A DNA stretch of 42,132 nt from assembly GCA_043820105.1 (NCBI GenBank), contig JBDREC010000088.1, forward strand, positions 62,001-104,132, given 5' to 3'. This stretch comes from Pseudomonadota bacterium. Lineage in GTDB: Bacteria > Bdellovibrionota_F > JAHFAK01 > JBDREC01. Below, piece by piece: positions 19,395 through 29,857 of this stretch. The position numbers and the translations under genes are program-made. Position 1 is the stretch's first letter. Each line of letters opens with the position of its first letter. The notes beneath the pieces are model-generated. The model was not told the origin of the DNA. It ran no database searches and saw nothing but the letters and a program-made list of their open reading frames with translations.

Positions 19395-19634
19395 ATGGCT
19401 AATAAAGTCAACTTGGAAAAATCACTCGGAGAAATAGAAGAAATTGTAAGCAAGCTTGAAAAAGGCAATATTACGATTGACGAATCAATCAAACTCTTTG
19501 AATCAGGTGCTAAAAAAATTAAAGAATGCGGTGCTTTTTTAGAAAAAATGGAAGAAAAAATTAGTAGCGTTGTTATAAATGATGATAATTATAGCCTAGA
19601 TAAATTTGACTTTCACCTGGATAGTAAAGAATAA
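19395..19634 (+). CDS. xseB: Exodeoxyribonuclease VII small subunit
   Basis: EEIVSKLEKGNITIDESIKLFESG; xseB-ispA-dxs gene order; GGAG RBS before ATG 19395. Confidence 0.9.
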   Translation: MANKVNLEKSLGEIEEIVSKLEKGNITIDESIKLFESGAKKIKECGAFLEKMEEKISSVVINDDNYSLDKFDFHLDSKE

Positions 19635-19677
19635 TTTCTCTGGCATAGAATAAGCACCCCAAAACAGGATCAAATCC

Positions 19678-20553
19678 GTGGAAATAAACAAATACCTATC
19701 CGAAAATAAAAAGTATATTAACACTTTAATTTCAACTTATTTTGATTCACAGAATATAACCCAAAGCACCTTACTAAAAGCAATGGAATACAGCATGAAA
19801 GCTGGAGGAAAAAGACTCAGACCAATCCTGTGTTTATCAACTTTTAATATTTATAATGATAATACAGATAAAATATCAAATTTTTTATTAGCCATTGAAA
19901 TGATCCACACATACTCTTTGATTCACGACGATCTACCTGCAATGGATGATGATAACTATAGAAGAGGAAAGCTTACAAATCACAAAAAATTTGGTGAAGC
20001 CATCGCCATTTTAGCAGGTGATGCGCTTTTAACTGATGCCTTTTGGCTAATGGCAAACACTGAAATTACAGGCTCTAATTTAATTCAAGCAATAAGTTGT
20101 TTTTCCCAGGCAGCTGGCTCAGGTGGGATGGTTAGTGGTCAAGTCCTTGACATAGAAGCAATTGGAAAAGAAATTGACCTTAACGCTTGCTTAAAAATGC
20201 ACGCTAACAAAACCGCTGCCTTAATCAAGGCAAGCATCGTTTGTGGCGCTCTTTTAGCCGAGGCTCCTAAAAATCATTTAGCAAAACTTGAACTATTCGG
20301 TGAAAATATTGGACTTGCCTTCCAAATAATGGATGACGTTCTTGATGATGAAGAAAGTGCAAATATGGGTAAGGATATTGGATCTGACAAGACAAAAAAT
20401 AAACCAACAATATTGTCCTTGCTTGGTAAAGAAAAAAGCTATAAGCTGATTAATGATTATTTTAATAAAGCTATCGAAGCTCTTGAGTTTCTAGATGATA
20501 AGGCTTGTTATCTAAAACAAATAGCAGCTTTTATAATTAAAAGGAAAAGTTAA
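19678..20553 (+). CDS. ispA: Farnesyl/geranylgeranyl diphosphate synthase
   Basis: GGKRLRP, SLIHDDLPAMDDD..RRG, FQIMDDVLD. Confidence 0.93.
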   Translation: MEINKYLSENKKYINTLISTYFDSQNITQSTLLKAMEYSMKAGGKRLRPILCLSTFNIYNDNTDKISNFLLAIEMIHTYSLIHDDLPAMDDDNYRRGKLTNHKKFGEAIAILAGDALLTDAFWLMANTEITGSNLIQAISCFSQAAGSGGMVSGQVLDIEAIGKEIDLNACLKMHANKTAALIKASIVCGALLAEAPKNHLAKLELFGENIGLAFQIMDDVLDDEESANMGKDIGSDKTKNKPTILSLLGKEKSYKLINDYFNKAIEALEFLDDKACYLKQIAAFIIKRKS

Positions 20554-20557
20554 ACTA

Positions 20558-22501
20558 ATGTATAAATTTTTAGATAATATCCAGGGACCTGAAAGCATTA
20601 AAAACTTTGATGAAACCCAGCTTTATTGCTTAGCTGATGAAATCAGACAAAAAATACTTTCAACTTGCTCTCATAATGGTGGACACTTAGCACCGAGTCT
20701 TGGCGCTGTTGAAATTTCAATTGCCTTGCATTATATTTTTAATTCACCTATTGATTCAATTGTTTGGGATGTTGGTCATCAAAGCTATCCTCACAAGCTT
20801 TTAACAGGAAGAGTTTCAAAGTTTGAAACTGTTAGAAAACTAAATGGACTAAGCGGCTTTACCAAAATATCTGAAAGCAAACATGATGCTTTTGGAGCAG
20901 GACACGCCAGCACCTCAATATCAGCAGCAATGGGAATTGCGACCGCGAAACAGCTTTCAAATGACCCTTCAAAAACAATTGCAGTTATTGGAGATGGTTC
21001 AATGACAGGGGGCCTTGCGCTGGCTGCTTTAAATCAAAATGAAATAATGAAAAAAAATCTCTGTGTTGTTTTAAATGACAATGAAATGTCTATATCAAAA
21101 AACGTTTCAGCTATTGCCTCTTTTTTAAGCAGAAAATCTACCAGCAAACAAATGTACAATTTGCAAAATGATATTAAATCGTGGCTCAGCACTTTTCCTT
21201 CTGTTGGACAAAATGTTATTAATCTCATTAGCAAAACAAAAGAAATTGTTAAAAGCATTATTACTCCTGGCATGCTTTTTGAAACACTTGGCTTCAGATA
21301 TATTGGACCTATTGATGGACATAACCTTGAAGAACTCCTTGAAGCTTTCTCAAATGTTAAACACCTTGATGAACCAGTTTTAATTCACTGCTTAACCAGA
21401 AAAGGAAAAGGCTATAAACCAGCGGAAGATGATCCAGAACGTTTTCATGGTATTGGACCTTTTGATCCATTAAAATCGTCAGCGAACAATGAATCCTCAA
21501 GGGTTTCATATACTGAGGTTTTTGGCGATACAATGCTTGAACTTGGAGCAAAAGACTCAAAAATCGTAGCTATCACTGCGGCAATGTCACCTGGAACTGG
21601 CCTTTGTAAATTTAAAAAGAAATATGCAGATCGCTTTTTTGATGTTGGCATTTGTGAAGAAAATGCTGTGATTTTTGCAGCAGGTCTTGCTAAAATGGGC
21701 TATAAACCTGTTGTAGCAATTTACTCAAGCTTTTTACAAAGAGGTTATGATCAAATAATTCATGATGTAGCTCTGCAAAATCTACCTGTAATCTTTGCAA
21801 TTGATAGAGCTGGAATAGTTGGAAATGACGGACCCACTCATCATGGCAACTTTGACATTTCCTTCTTAAGACACATTCCAAACCTTGTTATTATGGCTCC
21901 AAAAGATGAAAATGAACTTGTAAACATGCTTCATACAGCTGCAAGCCTTAACAAACCAGTAGCCATTAGATATCCAAGAGGACATGGCGTTGGGGCAAGA
22001 CTTGATAAGGAAAAATGTATCCTTGAGCTTGGCAAAAATGAAATTATAAGATCCGAAACTTCAAAAAATAAAGTATTAATATTAGCTTGTGGAAATACTG
22101 TTTGGCCAGCAAATGAAGCTGCATCAAAGCTTGAAAAAGATGGAATAAAATCAGATTTAATTAACTGTAGATTTATTAAACCCTTTGACACAGAATTATT
22201 AATAAAACTTAGCAAAAATTGTAAGGCAATCGTAACAGTTGAAGAAAATGTATTAGCAGGTGGTTTTGGCTCATCTGTCTTAGAAGTAATTAATGATTTA
22301 AATATCCCATCAAAACCCTTATTAAGAATTGGAGTTAAAGATGAATTTGTCTGTCAAGGTTCTCAAGCTGAGCTTAGGGAAATTTATGAAATTGATGCTC
22401 AAGGGATCTATAAAAGAACTAAGTCTTTTTGGAATTCACTCTACCCTGAAAAACAACAGCTTCATAAAACAAAAGTTAAAACTAACCAGCAAAGCTTATA
22501 A
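20558..22501 (+). CDS. dxs: 1-deoxy-D-xylulose-5-phosphate synthase
   Basis: GGHLAPSLG, WDVGHQ, GDGSMTGG, YSSFLQR, DGPTHHG. Confidence 0.97.
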   Translation: MYKFLDNIQGPESIKNFDETQLYCLADEIRQKILSTCSHNGGHLAPSLGAVEISIALHYIFNSPIDSIVWDVGHQSYPHKLLTGRVSKFETVRKLNGLSGFTKISESKHDAFGAGHASTSISAAMGIATAKQLSNDPSKTIAVIGDGSMTGGLALAALNQNEIMKKNLCVVLNDNEMSISKNVSAIASFLSRKSTSKQMYNLQNDIKSWLSTFPSVGQNVINLISKTKEIVKSIITPGMLFETLGFRYIGPIDGHNLEELLEAFSNVKHLDEPVLIHCLTRKGKGYKPAEDDPERFHGIGPFDPLKSSANNESSRVSYTEVFGDTMLELGAKDSKIVAITAAMSPGTGLCKFKKKYADRFFDVGICEENAVIFAAGLAKMGYKPVVAIYSSFLQRGYDQIIHDVALQNLPVIFAIDRAGIVGNDGPTHHGNFDISFLRHIPNLVIMAPKDENELVNMLHTAASLNKPVAIRYPRGHGVGARLDKEKCILELGKNEIIRSETSKNKVLILACGNTVWPANEAASKLEKDGIKSDLINCRFIKPFDTELLIKLSKNCKAIVTVEENVLAGGFGSSVLEVINDLNIPSKPLLRIGVKDEFVCQGSQAELREIYEIDAQGIYKRTKSFWNSLYPEKQQLHKTKVKTNQQSL

Positions 22502-22502
22502 A

Positions 22503-22961
22503 ATGACAGATCTTAAAATAAAGATATTAAGACAATTAAAAGATAATGAAAAAGTCGAAGATTTTTTGCCTTCTTACCAAACTCAAGGCTCAGTTGGAAT
22601 GGATCTAAAAGCGTGGATAGATTCTGACATTGTGCTTGAGCCTGGCACACGATTTTTGGTTCCAACTGGTCTAGCGATTGAAGTTAGCGAAGGTTATGAA
22701 GCACAAATCAGACCAAGAAGCGGTTTAGCTATAAAAAATGGAATCTTCATTGTAAATTCTCCAGGAACAATTGACTCAGATTACAGAGGAGAAGTTCAAA
22801 TCATAATAGCGAATTATGGCGAAGAAAACTTCACCATAAAACGCAAAGATCGCATTGCTCAAATGGTGATCAACAAAATAGAAAAAGTTAACATCTCTCT
22901 TTCCGAGAATCTAAGCACCACTGATCGTAGTTCCGGCGGCTTTGGTCATACAGGAGTTTAG
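22503..22961 (+). CDS. dut: dUTP pyrophosphatase
   Basis: GMDL, RPRSGLA, PGTIDSDYRGE, RSSGGFGHTG. Start moved to ATG 22503. Confidence 0.96.
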   Translation: MTDLKIKILRQLKDNEKVEDFLPSYQTQGSVGMDLKAWIDSDIVLEPGTRFLVPTGLAIEVSEGYEAQIRPRSGLAIKNGIFIVNSPGTIDSDYRGEVQIIIANYGEENFTIKRKDRIAQMVINKIEKVNISLSENLSTTDRSSGGFGHTGV

Positions 22962-22974
22962 TAGCTACACAATT

Positions 22975-23009
22975 AATTATTATTTATTAATTATTAATTA
23001 TTAATTATT
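22975..23009 (+). repeat. 5 x AATTATT after the dut stop
   Basis: Read directly; one unit is ATTTATT. Confidence 0.85.
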
Positions 23010-23146
23010 CCCACTCCCTCTTTTCCTCCAATTTCCAGAATCAAGAGCCAAAACGATACTACAATCCAAGAATGCCAGAACACAATAATCCCAAATTACC
23101 CTTCAAACTTAGCAACTTATAGGCAAACAACTTAAACCCGAAAAAC

Positions 23147-23162
23147 TGGCAAGGAATTTGCA
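23147..23162 (+). promoter_or_regulatory. Sigma54-type -24/-12 promoter
   Basis: TGGCAAGGAATTTGCA (GG-N10-GC), 40 nt upstream of ATG 23203. Confidence 0.65.
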
Positions 23163-23202
23163 AATACTGCTTGCACTTTTCAATTAAGCATGGAGTGTAA
23201 TC

Positions 23203-23727
23203 ATGAAAACAGCTATTCAAACAATATTTTATTTAATTTATCTATTTTTATTTTCAGCGAGCGTTCTCGTTGCCTCAACTTTTGAAGCAGGGCTTGATTC
23301 TAAATCACAAGCATGCATTGAAAGATTAACGCTTTCTTATCTTCAGGAAAATGCGGAAACACATTGGACTGATATAGATATCTATCCAAGAGGCGATGGA
23401 TTCATAACACCTTTGAAGTGTGAAACTAATTTAGAAAATGATAAAATGAAAGATATAAGCTGCGATTTTTTATCCACAGCCCAAATAGCCATTATTAACA
23501 ATGCAACAGGTAAACTAGAAGAATTAACCATACAAGTTAACCTTACAGAAACCCTGGTTACTCCTATTATGACTCAACCTTATTTAGTAGATATGAAAGC
23601 AGGCGACAATAGTGAATTGAAAATTTATATCTTAAATTCACAAGACGTCTTTAATTTCGATTTTCTAATGGAGCTTGTTGAGATTTCGAAAGATCCAAGT
23701 GAAATATTTGAAGAATGTTTACTTTAA
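23203..23727 (+). CDS. Hypothetical exported protein
   Basis: GGAG RBS, signal peptide, acidic mature region with several Cys. Confidence 0.65.
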   Translation: MKTAIQTIFYLIYLFLFSASVLVASTFEAGLDSKSQACIERLTLSYLQENAETHWTDIDIYPRGDGFITPLKCETNLENDKMKDISCDFLSTAQIAIINNATGKLEELTIQVNLTETLVTPIMTQPYLVDMKAGDNSELKIYILNSQDVFNFDFLMELVEISKDPSEIFEECLL

Positions 23728-24360
23728 TTGCGAAATCGCTTTTTTATAATCTTCAGCATTAAAAATAGCGTTTCCAGCAACCATCACATGAACGCCGCTT
23801 GCTTTAACTAATTTCGCTGTTTCGGCATTAATACCACCATCCACAGAAATCAAACAATCGGATTTTGCAGCATCAATTGCCTTTCTTAGGTATTTTATTT
23901 TATCTAGTGATTCTTTTATAAACTCTTGACCGCCAAACCCTGGTTCAACTGACATAACTAATATCAAATCAAGATCAGGTAATAATTTTAGTAATTCTTT
24001 ACAATCGGTTTTTGGCTTTATGGAAATACCGGCTTTTTTTTCTAGATTTTTTATATCTTTTAATAAGGTGCTAGGATCATCACTTGCTTCAAAGTGAAAA
24101 GTAATATAATCAGATCCTGCATCTGCAAAGTCCTTTATATATTTTTCTGGATTTGAAATCATAAGATGAACATCAAGGGGCAAGCCCGTAACTTTTCTTA
24201 TGCTTCTAACAACTGGCGCTCCAATTGTAACATTAGGAACAAAGTGACCGTCCATAACATCAATATGGATCCAGTCAGCTCCTGCTTTTTCAACATTTTT
24301 TATTTCTTCACCAAGGCGTGCAAAATCAGCAGACAAAATTGAAGGTGCTATTTTAATCAT
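23719..24360 (-). CDS. rpe: Ribulose-phosphate 3-epimerase
   Basis: IAPSILSADF, HIDVMDGHFVPN, MSVEPGFGGQ, VDGGIN. Confidence 0.97.
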   Translation of the reverse strand: MIKIAPSILSADFARLGEEIKNVEKAGADWIHIDVMDGHFVPNVTIGAPVVRSIRKVTGLPLDVHLMISNPEKYIKDFADAGSDYITFHFEASDDPSTLLKDIKNLEKKAGISIKPKTDCKELLKLLPDLDLILVMSVEPGFGGQEFIKESLDKIKYLRKAIDAAKSDCLISVDGGINAETAKLVKASGVHVMVAGNAIFNAEDYKKAISQLK

Positions 24361-25289
24361 ATAAATTTTATCTCTTTCTTATATCCATTAATAAAATCAA
24401 CACAAGACATGCGCCTTTTATTTTCAAGATGAATCTCTAAAAGTTCCAGGGTGCCATCACCAGTATTTACTAAAAACCCATCATTTGATGAACATGCAAA
24501 GGAGCCTGGCACTCCGGAAACTGACAATTCGCAAAGTCTTGATTTATAAATAGTTACTTTTTTATCATCAATTGTTGAATGAGCTCCAGGTATTGGAGAA
24601 AGCCCTCGAATAAAATTATGAATTTCTTTTGCTGTTTTATTCCAATTAATTCTGGAATTTTCAGGCGTAATTTTTTCAGCGAAAGTGACTTCAGAAGAAT
24701 CTTGTGTTTGTGGCTTTGCTTGGCCTGACATTAATAAATCAATAGCTTCGCACAAGCAATCCGCACCTAAAACAGCAAGCTTATCGTGCATCATGCACAA
24801 ATCATCATTTTCACCAATTTCAATTTCACGCTTCAAAACAATATCACCTGCATCCATTTCATCTGTTAGAAAAATACAAGAAACGCCTGTTTTAGTATCG
24901 CCATTAATTATTGGCCAATATAAAGGAGCTGCTCCTCTGTATTTGGGAAGCAATGAAGGGTGAATGTTTATTGTTTTAATCTTTGGCAAATCTATAATAT
25001 CTTCAGGTAAAAATTTACCATAAGCAACTACTGCCACAATATCAATTTCAAGTTCTTTGATTTTTTGACAAGTTTTTCCCTTTTTAAGACTTTTTGGTTG
25101 AAAAACAGGAAGGTTAAGTTTCTCGGCTTCTGTCTTTACAGGAGGAGGAGTCAATAGAAGCCCTCTGCCCTTTGGCTTATCAGGCTTAGTGACAACACCA
25201 ACAATTTGATAGTTATCATTTGAGGCTAATTTTTTAAGACAAGGAATGGCAAACTCTGGTGTACCCATGAATAATATTTTAGCTTTCAT
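24357..25289 (-). CDS. fmt: Methionyl-tRNA formyltransferase
   Basis: FMGTPEFA, NIHPSLLPKYRGAAP, MDAGD. Confidence 0.97.
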   Translation of the reverse strand: MKAKILFMGTPEFAIPCLKKLASNDNYQIVGVVTKPDKPKGRGLLLTPPPVKTEAEKLNLPVFQPKSLKKGKTCQKIKELEIDIVAVVAYGKFLPEDIIDLPKIKTINIHPSLLPKYRGAAPLYWPIINGDTKTGVSCIFLTDEMDAGDIVLKREIEIGENDDLCMMHDKLAVLGADCLCEAIDLLMSGQAKPQTQDSSEVTFAEKITPENSRINWNKTAKEIHNFIRGLSPIPGAHSTIDDKKVTIYKSRLCELSVSGVPGSFACSSNDGFLVNTGDGTLELLEIHLENKRRMSCVDFINGYKKEIKFI

Positions 25290-25292
25290 AAG

Positions 25293-25820
25293 CTACTTGC
25301 TCCCAATTTCCTTGTTATATCTTCTTACATAGAGTTGCTTTTTAAGACGACTAATTTGATCAAGAATTGTTAAGCCTTGAAGATGGTCCATTTCATGTTG
25401 AATAACAACCGCGTGAAACCCAGAGGCTTCAATTACAAACTTTTCCATCTCTTCATTATAGGCTTCAACTTTAATAGTTTCATATCTTTCAATTTCTTCC
25501 TCAAATTCGGGAACAGATAAACAACCCTCTGTACATTTTTGTAATCCAGCTTTACTTACAAGTTTAGGATTTATTAAAACTTTAGGATTACTAACAATTT
25601 CTTCGTTTTCTGTTTTTTGAGCAGCATATCCCTGATCATAAACAAAAAGACAATGATCCTTACCAACTTGATTAGCAGACAAACCAATTCCAGGTGCTGC
25701 AAACATTGTCTCATACATATCTTCAATTAATTTCTTAATAGAGCTGTCAACTTTTTCAACAGGAACACACTTTTGGCTTAAACTTGGGTCATTAAAATGA
25801 AGAATTTTTAATAAACTCAT
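25293..25820 (-). CDS. def: Peptide deformylase
   Basis: GIGLSANQ, EGCLS, QHEMDHL. Confidence 0.97.
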   Translation of the reverse strand: MSLLKILHFNDPSLSQKCVPVEKVDSSIKKLIEDMYETMFAAPGIGLSANQVGKDHCLFVYDQGYAAQKTENEEIVSNPKVLINPKLVSKAGLQKCTEGCLSVPEFEEEIERYETIKVEAYNEEMEKFVIEASGFHAVVIQHEMDHLQGLTILDQISRLKKQLYVRRYNKEIGSK

Positions 25821-25891
25821 ACTTATATTTCCAAAACATCAAATAATTAAATTAATAAAAAAAGCAGACATACATCAATCTTCTAATTCTG

Positions 25892-26596
25892 TCAACTTTG
25901 CAAATAGCTAGCACTTAAGTTCAAATCTTCTTTATGTGTAATTTTAATATTAGCTGATAAACCTTTGACTACATAAACACTTGCTAAATTGTAATTAAAA
26001 ACAAGACTTACATCATCAGTAACATTTATATTTTGATCCTGCTTAGCCATTTGATGAGCTTTTTTAATCAGGCTTGCCTTAAAGCCTTGCGGTGTTTGCG
26101 CTTGCAATATTAAATTTCTAGCCGGAATTTCTACAATTTCCATTTTATCATTTACTCTATAAATTGTGTCGCTTGAAGCACATGCACAAGACACAGCATC
26201 ATGAGATTTTAAGGCTTCTAATACATCATTGATAAGCTCATCTGCAACAAAAGGTCTTACAGCATCATGAATTAAAATGAGATCATCATCATTTTGAATT
26301 GCATTAACTCCAATAAAAGAGCTTTCTTGCCTTGATAAGCCTCCATCTAATATTTTAGATACTTTTTTATAAGAATTTTTAGAAATAATTTCTTCAATCA
26401 ATAAACGAAAGTCTGGATTTGCAACAAGAATAATATTATCAATATTTTCATTTCTTTCAAAAGCTTCAATTGAAAGTTCAATTACTGTTTTACCCTGAAT
26501 TTCAATGAATTGTTTTGGTAAATCTGTGCCAAACCTTTCACCTTTTCCTGAAGCTAAAATTATTGCATTAGATTTCTGCACTTGTTTATTCTGCAT
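25892..26596 (-). CDS. ispD: 2-C-methyl-D-erythritol 4-phosphate cytidylyltransferase (IspD/TarI family)
   Basis: ILASGKGERFG..LPKQF, IHDAVRPF, QTPQGF, TDD, NIKIT. Start uncertain (26596 or 26620). Confidence 0.85.
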   Translation of the reverse strand: MQNKQVQKSNAIILASGKGERFGTDLPKQFIEIQGKTVIELSIEAFERNENIDNIILVANPDFRLLIEEIISKNSYKKVSKILDGGLSRQESSFIGVNAIQNDDDLILIHDAVRPFVADELINDVLEALKSHDAVSCACASSDTIYRVNDKMEIVEIPARNLILQAQTPQGFKASLIKKAHQMAKQDQNINVTDDVSLVFNYNLASVYVVKGLSANIKITHKEDLNLSASYLQS

Positions 26597-26784
26597 AAGC
26601 TTTATTTTTAATTTATTCAAAGTTAAATCCTATGTTTACTTAATTATAATAACTTTAACAATTGATTTCCCCTAATCTTTAATTTTTGAAAATAAAAGTG
26701 TCAACGTTTGATACAGAATTTTATAGACTTTAGAGATTATATTTTTTATGCAAATAGAATGATTATCTAAATTATTGAAGCAAT

Positions 26785-27435
26785 ATGCTAATTTGCCCAG
26801 AAAATATTTCAAAATGGTCGATTTATCTAAATTCAAATGAAGACAAACTTATAGGCATAAGTCATGCAGATATTGTTACACTAGCTTGCAAGCTAAAAGT
26901 TTCAGCTATTCAATTAACAGATAAACTTGCTAGCCCTAATTCACTTTATGAAACTGCTTTTTGCTTGCGAAAAATTACCAAAGATTTTGGCATTCCATTT
27001 ATTATCAATGATAGATTAGATATTGCGAATGCCATCCTCGCGGATGGTCTTCATATTGGACAGGAAGATATTCCAATAGCTGTTGCTAATAAATTAATTA
27101 ATGACGATATGCTATTAAGTGTAACCTGTAATAATATTGATCAAGTCATTGAGTCAGAAAAATGTTTGTGTGATTTTATCAAAATCGGTCCTTTTTATGA
27201 AGAAAACTTTGAAGGAAAATCAATTAAAAATGATGAAAGCTACCAGCTTTTATTTGAAATAAAAAAAATATCTAACCTTCCTATTATTGGCTTTGGTGAT
27301 TTTAATAAAGACAATGTTAAAACAGCTCTAGATGAAGGAATTAACTGCATTTCAATAACACCCAAGGGTAACAATCTAGAAAAAATTGAAAATAATATTT
27401 GTGAAATAAAATCAGTTTTGGAAAATATCATATGA
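26785..27435 (+). CDS. Thiamine-phosphate synthase (ThiE/TenI)-like protein, divergent
   Basis: FIINDRLDIA...ADGLHIGQED is conserved, other motifs are altered; overlaps the thiL start. Confidence 0.75.
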   Translation: MLICPENISKWSIYLNSNEDKLIGISHADIVTLACKLKVSAIQLTDKLASPNSLYETAFCLRKITKDFGIPFIINDRLDIANAILADGLHIGQEDIPIAVANKLINDDMLLSVTCNNIDQVIESEKCLCDFIKIGPFYEENFEGKSIKNDESYQLLFEIKKISNLPIIGFGDFNKDNVKTALDEGINCISITPKGNNLEKIENNICEIKSVLENII

Positions 27436-28430
27436 GCATTCTAAACAAAACAGGGGAATTTGCTCTTATAGAAAAAATCAAAGAGCTCTTTCCCAAAAAT
27501 TATCCTGATGAGGTCATTTGTGGTATTGGCGATGATACTGCTATTATTAAAAAGGATGATAATCACTCAATTTTAGCAACAGTGGATATGCAAGTTGAGG
27601 GAAAACATTTTGACACAAAATATGCAAGTTTCTATGAAATTGGGCAAAAAGCACTTTCTGTTAATATAAGTGATATCGCTGCAATGGGAGGAAAACCAAG
27701 TTTTGCATTTATTTCACTTGGTCTGCCAGGCAATTTAGAAACAAATACTTTTGATCAAATCATGCATGGCATAAAAAAAGAAGCAACAGAATATCAGATA
27801 AGTGTACTTGGTGGTAATATTGCAAAAACAAATCAAATTATCATTGATATATTTTTAATGGGAGAAATCAATACCAAGCACATCCTTAAAAGAAGTGGAG
27901 CAAAAATAAGTGATAGAATTTTCGTCACCGGAAACCTTGGATCATCGGCTCTTGGTTTAAAAATGTTACAGGATTTTGGGAAAGACTATCCAAGAGAATT
28001 TGAAAACTCTGTAAAGGCTCACTTAAAACCAGTTCCAAGAATAAAGGCAGGACAAGTAATAGCAAAAGCTGGCTATGCAACAGCAATGATAGATATTAGT
28101 GATGGCCTTATCCAAGATCTGGAACATGTTTGCGAAGCAAGTAAAGTTGGTGCAATTATTTATAAAGATAAATTGCCTGTTGCCCATGATGTGCAAACTC
28201 CAGAATATAGCATAAAAGATTTGGCTCTATGTGGAGGTGAAGATTATGAACTGCTTTTTACCATGAAAAGTGACACCTCCATTGGCCTTATAGAATCTCT
28301 TTTTAAGGAGAGCGGAGTTAAGCTTACAGAGATTGGCAAGATTACAGATTATGAGGATAAGATTAAGATTTTGGATAAAGATGGTGGTGATGTTAAGCTA
28401 TTAAGCAAAGGTTGGGACCATTATAGGTAG
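27432..28430 (+). CDS. thiL: Thiamine-monophosphate kinase
   Basis: GEFALI, GIGDDTA, NISDIAAMGG, IDISDGL, GGEDYELLFT. Confidence 0.96.
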   Translation: MSILNKTGEFALIEKIKELFPKNYPDEVICGIGDDTAIIKKDDNHSILATVDMQVEGKHFDTKYASFYEIGQKALSVNISDIAAMGGKPSFAFISLGLPGNLETNTFDQIMHGIKKEATEYQISVLGGNIAKTNQIIIDIFLMGEINTKHILKRSGAKISDRIFVTGNLGSSALGLKMLQDFGKDYPREFENSVKAHLKPVPRIKAGQVIAKAGYATAMIDISDGLIQDLEHVCEASKVGAIIYKDKLPVAHDVQTPEYSIKDLALCGGEDYELLFTMKSDTSIGLIESLFKESGVKLTEIGKITDYEDKIKILDKDGGDVKLLSKGWDHYR

Positions 28431-28504
28431 TAAGTCATAAGTGGTAAGTTGTAAGTTGTAAGTTGTAAGTATAAATCTTTAAAACACTTACCACTTACCA
28501 CTTA
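28431..28504. repeat. Inverted pair: about 6 TAAGTNN units (28431-28470), 15-nt spacer, about 3 CCACTTA units (28486-28504)
   Basis: Fills most of the thiL-anmK intergenic region. Confidence 0.93.
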
Positions 28505-28518
28505 TAAAAAGGATACTC

Positions 28519-29694
28519 ATGTCAAACAATTTATTCATAGGTGCCATATCAGGCACATCAATGGACGGACTTGATGTTTCGATTTTAGACATATGCAAAA
28601 AGTCCAGGGAAAATTATGCTTTTAATTCTATTTTCTTTAAAACGTATAAATATCCTGATGCATTAAACGCAGAATTAAAACAACTTGTTTTCACAAAAGA
28701 ATTTGAGCTTAAGGATTTTTGTGAACTGCAATATAAGATGGGAAAATTCTTTGCAGAAAGTATTCTTAAAGCCGTCAAGGCTTCAGGAATTAATAAGCAA
28801 GATATTAAAGCAATTGGCTCCCATGGTCAAAATATTTATCACCTGCCAAGTAGTATTAGTGATGAACCATATTCTTTTCAAATAGGCCACCCCTCAATAA
28901 TCGCAGGACTTACAGACATTACAACAGTTTCAGATTTTAGAATGGCTGATATTATCGCCCATGGAGAGGGAGCGCCCCTGGCCCCGATTTTTCACTATCA
29001 CTTTTTTAAAAAGTTTAAAAAGTCGTTCATTGTATTGAACATCGGTGGAATTGCAAATATTACAGTGATTGATTATTCAAAAGAAAAAATAAAAGTTTCA
29101 GGCTTTGATACAGGCCCTGGAAATACTCTAATTGACAGAGCAATGAATCGTCTCTTTAAATTGCCTTATGACAAGAATGGACAGATTGCTAAAAAAGGAA
29201 AAGTAGATTATTCAATAATAAAAAAACTATTAAAAAATGATTATTTCCAGAAAAACAACCCAAAGTCTTCTGGTCTTGAAAAATTTGATGACAAGTATTT
29301 AAAAAGCATCATTCGAAAACTACGAGCTAAAAGAGCAAATAAAAATGACATTATTTCAAGCTTAACAGCTTTAACAGCTGAATCGATTTCTTTAAGCTTA
29401 AATAAACATCTCAGAAAAAACATGGATACTGTTGTTTTATGTGGCGGTGGCCCCAAAAATAGCACAATGATTTCCTTTTTAAAAAATCTTCATCCAGACC
29501 TATCTTTTATAAATTCTGATAAATTTGGAATTTCAATCGACGAAATGGAAGCGGACTTATTTGCATTTTTAGCTTATTTATCCATTAATGGCCATAGAGT
29601 TAACCTAAAAACAGTAACAGGTTCAAAAAAAGAAATTTGCTTGGGAGTAATTGCACCTGGTGGTAATTATAGGTCTGTATACCTCTCACATTAA
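28519..29694 (+). CDS. anmK: Anhydro-N-acetylmuramic acid kinase
   Basis: SGTSMDGLD, GSHGQ, DFR..D...GEGAPL, NIGGIAN, DTGPGN. Confidence 0.95.
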   Translation: MSNNLFIGAISGTSMDGLDVSILDICKKSRENYAFNSIFFKTYKYPDALNAELKQLVFTKEFELKDFCELQYKMGKFFAESILKAVKASGINKQDIKAIGSHGQNIYHLPSSISDEPYSFQIGHPSIIAGLTDITTVSDFRMADIIAHGEGAPLAPIFHYHFFKKFKKSFIVLNIGGIANITVIDYSKEKIKVSGFDTGPGNTLIDRAMNRLFKLPYDKNGQIAKKGKVDYSIIKKLLKNDYFQKNNPKSSGLEKFDDKYLKSIIRKLRAKRANKNDIISSLTALTAESISLSLNKHLRKNMDTVVLCGGGPKNSTMISFLKNLHPDLSFINSDKFGISIDEMEADLFAFLAYLSINGHRVNLKTVTGSKKEICLGVIAPGGNYRSVYLSH

Positions 29695-29720
29695 TTATTA
29701 ATTATTGATTATTAATTATT
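29693..29720 (+). repeat. 4 x AATTATT starting within the anmK stop codon
   Basis: AATTATT AATTATT GATTATT AATTATT. Confidence 0.85.
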
Positions 29721-29857
29721 TTCACCCCACCCATCCATATGCCGTATTTTCACCAAAACACTAATTAAATGATACCTTAATGCTCAAAACAAAAACTGTA
29801 AGCCAGATCACACTCCCATAAGGCCTTGATTTGTCTTATGTTTTCAATTGTCCCTTT

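Noticed and set aside
19395-19634. xseB without adjacent xseA
   Set aside because: The xseB-ispA-dxs order with xseA elsewhere is common.
19641-19656. TGGCATAGAATAAGCA sigma54-like box before ispA
   Set aside because: Weak -12 element, very little room for a leader, and inside a conserved operon.
22329-22502. N-terminal extension of dut
   Set aside because: Overlaps dxs; ATG 22503 gives a normal-length dUTPase.
23030-23100. Faint CCAGAA/CAAGAA periodicity
   Set aside because: Too degenerate to call a repeat by eye.
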